Part shown: one piece after another, positions 54,277 to 64,000 of the stretch
Position numbering within the stretch: position 1 is the first letter of the stretch
Layout: the number at the start of each line of letters is the position of its first letter
Source of the DNA: Eledone cirrhosa
Lineage: Eukaryota
Direction of reading: 5' to 3'
Assembly (NCBI GenBank): GCA_964016885.1
Contig: OZ024743.1
Location: 111,290,001 to 111,354,000, forward strand
Length of the DNA: 64,000 bases
The notes under the pieces: generated by a model
Seen by the model: only the letters and a program-made list of their open reading frames with translations
The model's database searches: none
Told to the model about the DNA's origin: nothing
Translations under genes and position numbers: made by a program

Positions 54277-57200
54277 CCCCTCCCCTCCTCTCCTCTGGCT
54301 ACACTATATAGGACAGCTAAACTCACCAACACCAGAAACTAGATACACCACCCACCCCATCATCTGTGTACACTAAACACAACAGCCAGATAACGACACA
54401 TTTTCACCTTCACCGCCACCGCTCACTACGGCCATCATTACCACCACTATCCCATCACCGCCGCCACCACCCCTTGACTCCGCTACAGCACCATCACTAC
54501 AGTAATACGGTCACATCACCGCCACCACTGCCTCGGTATCGACATCACCACCACCACTGTCTCAGTATCGCTAACGCCGCCAGTCTCCCACTTCCCTGCT
54601 GGCTGCCACTTCCACATTATAGAATTCCTACTACTAACAAAGAGGAAGGCATCAAAATATATAGATAGACCCAAAAGAAAAAAGAAAAAACAAACAACAA
54701 AACCAAAGCAGCACAGCAACAACAGCAAAAAACGAGAAAAACAAACAGAGAAAAACAAAAACAAAAAAAAGAAACCCCAAAAACGTAAAGAAAATATATT
54801 GTTATAAGGCTCAAAACGTAAAGAAAATATATTGTTATAAGGCTCAAAACGTAAAGAAAATATATTGTTATAAGGCTCAAATATTCAAATATTCAACTTT
54901 GTATTGTACACTGTATATCCAAGAAAAAAAAAAAAAAAAAAATGGCTATAAATGGAAGAAGAACCCCTCCCCTCCTCTCCTCTGGCTACACTATATAGGA
55001 CAGCTAAACTCACCAACACCAGAAACTAGATACACCACCCACCCCATCATCTGTGTACACTAAACACAACAGCCAGATAACGACACATTTTCACCTTCAC
55101 CGCCACCGCTCACTACGGCCATCATTACCACCACTATCCCATCACCGCCGCCACCACCCCTTGACTCCGCTACAGCACCATCACTACAGTAATACGGTCA
55201 CATCACCGCCACCACTGCCTCGGTATCGACATCACCACCACCACTGTCTCAGTATCGCTAACGCCGCCAGTCTCCCACTTCCCTGCTGGCTGCTACTTCC
55301 ACATTATAGAATACCTACTACTAACAAAGAGGAAGGCATCAAAATATATAGATAGACCCAAAAGAAAAAAGAAAAAACAAACAACAAAACCAAAGCAGCA
55401 CAGCAACAACAGCAAAAAACGAGAAAAACAAACAGAGAAAAACAAAAACAAAAAAAAGAAACCCCAAAAACGTAAAGAAAATAAGAATGAAGAGAGAAGC
55501 AGGCGGACGGACAGAGAAGAGGGGGGAAAAAGTAAAACTTAAAAAACTAAAACTAAGTCAGACATTCGAACACTACATTACAATGAAACTTATGCTTATT
55601 CATTTCTGGGGCCCTTTCTGCCTGTGTGTTTGTTTGTTTATGTGTGTTCGTATACAGCGTGGTGATAATGCCACACAAGGGCCAAGTGGGATGGCGGATC
55701 CACAGATGGCTATGTAAACATACATTCGCCAATCCTCGATAAGAGTGTTTAAATATCGAACATAAACAGTTCGAATAACGGTGAAATGGAGACTAGAACG
55801 TCATGTGGCAGACTCTCACCCAACAGGTGCCCCCTGGCTCAGCAGCAGGAACCTGACTGTCAACCAAATACTGCTGATGTTGGAGGAAGGAGAAGAAGGA
55901 AAGGGGCCAGAACCAACTGGACGAAAGAATTGAATAGAACTGTTATGCAATGCTACCTGAAAAGTAACCCCAAGGAGAGGGGCTACAGGAGACGGATGCA
56001 TAACATCTGGAACGAGATTGGTTTATTTAAATTAGATGAACAAAAATTGGCCGGGCAGGCTCGGGTAATAAGAACTAATGGGTGGATAAGCGAGCTGGAA
56101 CTGGAGGAACTGAGCAGAGAGAATGGCTTGGAGATGGCGGGTGTAGTATGCCAGACAAGCGAGCCGGTGGGAAATGAAGGTGAGGAGGTCCTGAGAACGG
56201 AGGAACCACCCGAAGCAGACAATGATCTGAGTACTGAGATAAATAATACCTGGAACAGAGATACGGCCACTGAGGAGATGAATGCTGACGGGCTAGGACA
56301 AGATTCGGTTGACATCCTAAATGTAGTGGTAGATGAATTGAACAATGATAGTGGGAGACCTATGAACCTAAGATTTGTAGACAGGAAAAAGTTAAAAGAA
56401 ACAACAAGGTAAACAAAGTCATCCCATACCTTGAGGCGAGGAGCCTTCACCAGTGCAACAATATCCTCAGAGCAACAGCAAATACGGTGAGGAAACTACT
56501 TGGTATAAAAGCGAGAGGAAACAACAGACAAGAAAGAGCAGAGCCGTGGTGGAAGAAGCAACTGAGTGGGCAAATCGGGGAAATGAGAAATGACATAGGA
56601 AAGCTTGAGTCACTACTGAATGGGACACTAAAAAACATAGGCACTAAAAATAGACTGGAAATAAAATACAAAACTAGGAGTAAAAAGCTAAATATTATCA
56701 TAGAGGAATTGAAGCAACGCATTGTAGCAAAGAGTGCAAAAATCAGGCGATACGAGAACAGAGTCAGCCAGTATAAACAGAACCGCATGTTCGACAACAA
56801 CCAGAAGATGCTGTTTGGACAGCTTGAGGGCAAAGAAAGAGGCAACGACTTGATCCCTGGGGCGGAGCAAACTAAAACATTCTGGAGAGGAATATGGGAG
56901 CAGGATGTTAGACACAATGCCCAGGCAGGGTGGATTGAGACAGTACAGAGGGAGATCGGTGAGCAGGCACAGCAACAGACTGATTTGAGTATCACAGTTG
57001 AAACTCTTAAGGGGCAAGCCAAAAAACTAACCAACTGGAAATCACCAGGCCCAGATGGTGTGCAGGGGTATTGGATTAAACATCTAACATCCCTCCACCC
57101 GAAGCTGACGGCCATGTTCAATGACTGCTTGGTGTCGGGTGAGGTGCCAGAGTGGTTGACAAAAGGTACCACAGTTCTGATAATGAAAGACCGAATCAAG

Positions 57201-59290
57201 GGTAATGATGCTACCAACTATAGACCTATCACATGTCTGCCCGTAATGTGGAAACTGTTGACGAGCATTGTGTCTGAGGAAATCTACCATCACCTCCACA
57301 CAAACAACTTGTTACCGGACGAACAGAAAGGATGCCGAAAGAAGTCACGTGGTACAAAGGACCAGTTGCTTATTGATAAGATGGTAATGGGGAATTGCAG
57401 GAGGAGACATACTGATCTTGCCATGGGATGGATAGACTACAGAAAGGCATTTGACATGGTGCCTCATTCCTGGATCACCAAAAGCCTGGAGATCTTCAGG
57501 GTGGCAGATAACATCAGACAGTTGCTAGGCAGGAGTATGGGGTCCTGGGAGACAGAGTTGACATCAACTGGAGTATCCTTGGGAAGCGTGAAGATCAAGA
57601 GAGGTATCTTCCAGGGAGATAGCCTGTCCCCTCTGTTGTTTGTCCTTGCCCTGATGCACTTAACCATTATGCTGCGAAAAGTGAGAGCAGGATACAAGTT
57701 GGGAAGGGGAGAGCTTACCATCAATCACCTCCTCTTCATGGACGATCTTAAGCTCTTCGGGAAAAGTGAGAAGGAGTTGGATGTGCTTGTTGACACTGTC
57801 CGTATTTTCAGCAGTGATATATGTATGCAGTTTGGTATTGGTAAATGTGGAGTCATTGTGATGAAGAGGGGTAGGTTGAGCAGAAGTAACGGGATCCAGA
57901 TACCAACAGGTGAGATGATAAAGGAAATTGACTCTGAGGAAGGATACAAGTATTTGGGCGTTCTGGAGGCTGATGGCATAAAGAACAAAATAATGAAGGA
58001 ATTGTTAAGAACTGAATACATTCGGAGAGTAAGGAGCGTATTGAAGTCACATCTGAACAGCAGAAATGCCATAAGCGCAGTAAATTCCCGAGCTGTGTCT
58101 ATTATTAGGTACAGTGCGGGAATTCTGAGATGGAATGTTGCTGAACAGAAAGAAATGGATAGGAAGACTAGGAAGCTATTGACTATCTACAACATGTTCC
58201 ACAAGAGGAGTGATGTCGATAGACTCTACCTAAGGAGATCTGAGGGTGGAAGAGGTCTTATCAGCATAGAGGACTGTGTTCAGATGGAGAAAAACAACCT
58301 ATACAAATACGTGACCTATAGTAAGGAGCCAATGCTCAGAGCTGTACTGAAGGAGGGGACAGTAGGCCAGGGGATGTCCAGGGAGGAAATAACATCAAGG
58401 AGGAAGAGCAGCCTTAAGGGAAAACCCCTTCATAGTACCTTCTTTGAGAAAACTGAATTTAGAGATCCACAGACATGGAACTGGTTGAGAAGAGGAGACC
58501 TCAAAAAGGCTACAGAAGGAATGCTAATGGCTGCGCAGGAGCAGGCCCTCAAAACGAAGTGGTTGAAGCACCATATCTACAAAGAGGAGGCCAGCCCACT
58601 GTGCAGGATCTGTGGAGAGAGAGAGGAGACTGTGGCTCACATTGTGTCCGAGTGTAAACACCTAGCCCAGACCCACTATAAGGGCTGGAGACACGATGTG
58701 ATGGGCAGGGTGATCCACTGGCACCTGTGCAAAGTAAACAATCTACCACATTCTGAGAAATGGTATGAGCATAGGCCAGAGGCGGTGATGGAGAACAATC
58801 AGGTGAAGGTGCTGTGGGATTTTAGGATACAGACGGACAAAAAACTGGAACACAATAGACCTGACCTGGTGGTTGTGGACAAAGAAAAAAGATCGTGCCT
58901 GATTGTGGATGTGGCCTGCCCGTTCGACACGAGAGTGCAAGAGAAGGAGAGGGAGAAAATTAACCGATACCAGGACCTAAAGTGGGAGGTGAAAAGGATT
59001 TGGAACTGCCATGAAGTCAAAGTGATCCCGATTGTCATAGGCGCACTGGGGACTATCTCCAAAAGTTTCCAGGGATGGTTAAAGAAAATCGGCCCCTTCA
59101 CGCTTTTTGGAACGCTTCAAAAGGCATGCTTGCTTGGAACAGCAAGAACCCTCCGATACGTCCTGAATATCTGAGGCTGCAGGTAGTGGCTTGATATTCA
59201 ATCCAACGGACTTTCCAGTTAACCAACATCAATGACTGAGAATCAAGGAATAACAATAACAATAATAATAATAATAATAATATTGATAAT
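54275..59290 (+). mobile_element. R4/Dong-clade non-LTR retrotransposon, near full length, in (TAA)n
   Basis: Single long frame with RT and RLE domains, short 3'UTR, (TAA)n tail; 5' boundary uncertain because the leader is duplicated. Confidence 0.92.
55786..59174 (+). CDS. R4/Dong RT-RLE polyprotein with one frameshift at ~56405
   Basis: N-terminus RTNWTKELN..CY..S.P..RGYRRRM..IW; RT motifs PGPDG, IDYRKAFD, GIFQGDSLSP, LFMDDLK; CRIC..H..EC; RPD..IVDVACP. Confidence 0.9.
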
Positions 59291-59797
59291 AATAATGTCC
59301 GTTTACAATTGTTTCGCTACTCCATATAATGTTTCTGGATCAAATGATTATAGATCATTATTGATCTGATTCAGTTGAAAAAACTTAGATACAATTAGAG
59401 CAGCTCATCGGAACGTTAAAAGGAATATAAATTAAAATAAGGAAAGATTGTTACATGAATGTAATGTTCCATATATTGCTATTTCACTACGGTGTCCTGG
59501 GTATATCTATTGTCTGCCATAGTCTAGCAGTATTCTTCTGTCGAGGCTGCATTGTGTGACATCTGCCTATGTGTAACAAGATAGCCGCCAATGGACACAT
59601 TTACCTTACTATATAGAGGGTGGTTTCAGGGGAAGTAACTTCTCGAGAAATTAGAAATTGTGGGTAGTTTATAGTTAAGAAGTGCTAATTTTTTAATATT
59701 TTAATTGAGAGACAATGTAAGGGAGGTAACTTATAATTATCTAAGTTAGCTATAAACATTTAACTTATTAGCTATAAGTAAAAATGGGGCTAGATGA

Positions 59798-60048
59798 CTA
59801 TGTTGGTTCAAATATTCTGTTGACGAAGGAATTAGTCCTTCGATGTTGACAGCTAATAGTTATCTCCGTTCTATCATTAATCGGTGGAGGCCGTGATAGA
59901 GTTATATAATATGCTTCGGTAAGACAGAGGTCACAAAAGTTTCTTCGTCCTTTGAATGGTTGTCCCCTAGCCAAGATATCCCATGTTAGTGAGTATTCAA
60001 TGTTGGTTAATTTAAGGTTTTTAATGAGCCTAGCTAGAGATGTCGAAC
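59798..60048 (-). mobile_element. Penelope-like element endonuclease C-terminal fragment
   Basis: TSLARLIKNLK..YSLTWDILARGQPF..CDLCLTEAYYI..INDRTEI..CQH. Confidence 0.8.
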
Positions 60049-60243
60049 ATTCATGTAACATTCTTTCCTTATATTAATTTATATTCCTTTTGAAGTACCT
60101 AAGTTAATTAATTTCAACTGAACCAGACCAATAATTGTTTCTACTTTAGGCTCAAGGCCAGCAAATAATGATCTATAATCATTTGATCCAGAAATATTTT
60201 TTGGAGTAACGAAACAAATGTAAACGGACATTATTATTATCAA

Positions 60244-60306
<63 letters not shown>

Positions 60307-60397
60307 CATTCCTTACATCAAACTAAAACTATGTTGACAATATTTTAATAATATCTTCCTTGTGAAATGTGTGGTCTTGTTCTGCTTAACTGATGAA
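60048..60397 (-). repeat. Inverted 'empty-site' copy of the Dong flanks
   Basis: Reverse complement of 53601-53700 + (TAA)n + 59270-59461. Confidence 0.85.
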
Positions 60398-60577
60398 TGT
60401 TTCCAGCTCTGTGCACCTAACCTCTGCCAGAACCCAGCTACCTAGCTGCCTTCCACTGCATATTGCACATTGAGCACATGCCTTTACGCTTTGTCTTCTA
60501 ACTAATTCACCAATCTCTCTTCTCTATTATCTCCTCTCCTATCTCCATCTCTCTCTTTAAGATTGGTTACTCTTGAA

Positions 60578-60675
<98 letters not shown>

Positions 60676-60679
60676 TCCT

Positions 60680-61070
60680 CTGTTTTTCTTATTTCTTCCT
60701 CTTTTCTTTTTTCTTTCTTTCCTCCTGTCTTTATTTATCTCTTTCTTTATTCTCCATGCACTTCTCTCTCGCCGATATTTCTGCACGTTTTTTCTTTCTC
60801 TCTCTCCGTCTTTTTCTTTCTCTCCGTCTTTTTCTAATTGTCCTTAACACTATGACTTATTAAAATAATATAAACAACTCACAATCCAGATGGCTTACAA
60901 AAATAATGGTTGCATTTTAAAAGGGTACGTCAAAGCTTATTTATAAAACTCTTATATATTGTATTTTGTCTGATGAAGGCATACCATAATTTAATTTGGT
61001 ATCCCTGAAATATGTATAATGAAATAAATATGGTTTTTATAAATATAGTTTCCATTTATTAATATCGTAT
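60680..61070 (+). mobile_element. Another copy of hammerhead family F
   Basis: Direct homolog of ~52980-53395; CTGATGA at 60970, GAAA at 61007. Confidence 0.75.
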
Positions 61071-61560
61071 ATATATATATATATATGAATATATATAAAT
61101 GAAAAATGACGTGCTATGTTGTTGCAAATGTGACATAGAAATTACATATACATTGACAAGAAGACGAAAGACGCATCTTAAACAGAAAGAATTTCGCACG
61201 GTGTGGGACGATGGAGGACGTGTGAGAGAGTGTGAGTAGCAGAGAGTGAGTGAGTGAAAGGGTGAGAATGACTAACAGAGGGGGTGATTGAAAGTAAGAG
61301 GGAGAAGGAGAGTGTAGTGCGAGAGAGAAAGACGATAGCAGTAAGCGAATAGAAAAAGACGGGTCACAGGGAAGGGGAGGCATATAGGAATGAAAAATGG
61401 CGTGCTGTGTTGTTGCATGGTGATACCCATTTTTTTTAAATGAAGAATTAGAAATAGAAGCCAAGACTATCCATCATCAGTGGTCTACTAGCCATCACAG
61501 GTATTTATTCGTATTAAAGACCAGATATCTCAGGCTTGCGCGAACAATAACTAAAATAAG

Positions 61561-61657
61561 TTATTGGGTTAACAAGAATTGGGTGGAAAAAGAGAGGCAG
61601 GTAGAGGCAACTGGTACAATATCTTTGTTGATATTCGCGGAACTCACATTGCATTTT

Positions 61658-61707
<50 letters not shown>

Positions 61708-61997
61708 AGTGTGTATTTATACAGGCACACACACGCGCGTTCGCACATACATATATACGAGAGTAAGTATGTAGTAAACAAGCATGCATTCATATACAAA
61801 TATAGGAATATAGATATATGTGCATCTATTACACATGCACCTATATACCTATGCATTTCCTTCATTGAGCATGTATATATATATATATATATATATATAA
61901 CAAATGCAATGTGAGTTCCGCGAATATCAACAAAGATATTGGACCCGTTGCCTCTACCTGTCTCTCTTTCTCCACCCAATTCTTGTTATTCCAATAA
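61561..61997. repeat. ~100-bp inverted repeat around microsatellites
   Basis: 61561-61657 is the reverse complement of 61903-61997. Confidence 0.8.
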
Positions 61998-62515
61998 TAT
62001 ATATATATATATATGTATATACATATATATATGTATGTGTGTGCGTATGTATGTGTGAGTGTGTGCGTGTGTGTGTATGCGCGCGTGTGTGTGTTTATAT
62101 ACAGTTAGGATTAGATAGTCGTGATCTAAAATATTATAATCGTTATGTGGAAAACAATCTGAATATAAATTGAATTGGGAAAATGAACAATTGATGAAAT
62201 AATGACACTAATAATAAGAAAACGCATTATATAAGTACATTTGAATTTTGTGAAGGAATTATATAGTAATCATTCTGATTTCTTTGTTTTTGTTATTTGT
62301 TTATCCCTTTATCAATATATCTTTCGATGACGTGAAAGAATAATAGTAAACTAGTCAGTACAATGTCTTAGATTGTTTATCATAACGATAATATTAATCC
62401 CAATAACAAATATTGATTTATAGTTTTTTCATAAAGCTTTAAATATGGGGGCGAGGTATTGTCGATTAAACGAATCACAGATATCAATTGGTTCTGTATT
62501 CTTCCACCTCGTAAT

Positions 62516-63472
62516 TATTGATTTCTTGTATAGGCACAAGGCCAGTAATTTCGGAGGATGGGCAAAGTCAATTAAATCGACCCTGGTACGTTAATCCTGC
62601 TTTATTTTATCGAACCCGTAAGGATGAAAGGAAAAGTTAAGCTCAGCGGGATTTGAACCCAGACCGTAAAGAACCGTAACTCTATGCTGCAAAGCATGTT
62701 GTCCGTCTCCGTACCGATACTGCCAATCCACCTCGCAATTATTAAAATCAAAATTCACATTCGCAATATTCGGAACTCAAAACCTAAATTTCGGTAAATA
62801 AATAGTCTATGTGCTGCTAGGGACTCTGATGTTCCAATAACAATTATTTCCAATTTAAGCACATGGCCAGCAATTTTTGGTAAGCGTAATGTCAATTTTG
62901 TCGATACCAATAATTAACTCCTTGTTAATTTCAACCAGCTGCTAATGATAAAAGGCACAATTGACATAGCAGGATTTGAACTCAGAGCATAAAACGCCGT
63001 AATTAAATTCGGCGAAGCCATTTGTCTGACTCTATCCATTCCGCTAATCCACCATCATTTACCATTCCAAGCGGAATTCGTTGTAACATTAATAATTATT
63101 TCTTATTTTAGTACACGCCTGAAATATTAGCGGTGGGGGAGTCAATTACACCGAAACTAGTATGTGACTGGTACTTTATTTATCGAATCCGGAAACATGA
63201 AAAGCAAAGTTTACAAGGGCAGGAACAAATACCACAAATTATTTTATCCGATACTCTTAGTAGTTCACCCATTAACCCCTCTTTGCCGTAGCAATAATAA
63301 TTATTTCTACATTGGGCACAAGGCCTGCAATTACCCCTGCAGTCAGCATTTCTGGTGCTTTAGTTTATCGACCCCGTAAGGATGAAAGGCAATTTGAACC
63401 CGTAAAGGGCCATAACTCTATGCTGCAAAGCATAGTGTCTGACACTCTACCCACACTGCCAAACCACCGCCC
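62516..63472 (-). mobile_element. Cluster of four co-oriented SINE copies or fragments
   Basis: Approx. 62516-62735, 62835-63055, 63093-63215, 63297-63472; each is a reverse complement of the 3550 family. Confidence 0.75.
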
Positions 63473-64000
63473 TTATTATTGTCTTAGCAATAATAATGCC
63501 ATCATAATTTTTCATAAATAGCAAGCACTGTTCCATTTATCTCCTAAAATACCAGATAAATCTCTATTAAATTAATTCTCTACAAGTGTAACAATAATAT
63601 AATGACTATAGCGAAGGAGGAAAACATAGAGTAATGTGAAATGTACAAGAATTACCTCTGTATTATCTTTCTGGCTTGGGATAAATTTAGTGTCTGTATA
63701 CTTGCACTAAGATTTAAATTCTTATATGGCGTAATAGTATGTGGTGGCCTTAAACGTCTGCCTGATTTAGCACCACCACTTAGATCTTCTGTATCCTATG
63801 TGAAGTCCAATTTGTGACAAGCATTCGCTTCATGTCTTAGGTTTGACAATATCCCTCTCTTTCTTGTTCATTATTCTCTGAAGCCCTGTAAGAGGAATGA
63901 AAATCCCGTAACACTACCAGCAGTGAGGTGGGTGAGAATGGTACTACTAACTTTCATATTTCATGCTATTAGAATTAAATATATTTCTAAAGAGGATATG

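Noticed and set aside
55660-55740. HDV-like ribozyme in the Dong 5'UTR
   Set aside because: Expected from related clades, but I could not assign the nested pseudoknot helices by eye
59645-59661. 15-nt match (agaaattagaaattg) between the Penelope 3' region and the 310-bp unit
   Set aside because: Short and AT-rich, and it does not extend; insufficient to claim relatedness

Overview
AT-rich, microsatellite-dense eukaryotic DNA. The tRNA-derived SINE family and repeat content point to a cephalopod (octopus-like) genome; this is inferred from pattern recognition, not a search. No complete host gene is evident: only one candidate exon (14511-14658) and a mucin-like 45-bp minisatellite ORF (18.5-21.1 kb). 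The window is mostly mobile DNA: a disrupted L1/Tx1 LINE (-, 4.4-9.1 kb), a decayed CRE-like LINE (12.3-14.2 kb), a Helitron with both ends (-, 21717-23757), a mariner remnant, an RLE-LINE 3' fragment (29.9-30.4 kb), a near-intact R4/Dong LINE in a (TAA)n tract (54.3-59.3 kb), two Penelope GIY-YIG fragments, MITEs and many SINEs. The main signal is a set of non-coding elements carrying type I hammerhead ribozyme motifs, inserted in (TA)n tracts. Two arrays of a near-identical, structured 310-bp unit hold 16 hammerhead copies (35.7-37.9 and 42.8-45.6 kb). At least five unrelated short families carry the same kind of motif, and most sit in the same head-to-head, 3'-ends-outward inverted arrangement. 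This looks like a Penelope-mobilised retrozyme (circRNA-producing) system. Most entries in the ORF track are microsatellite or antisense artefacts.
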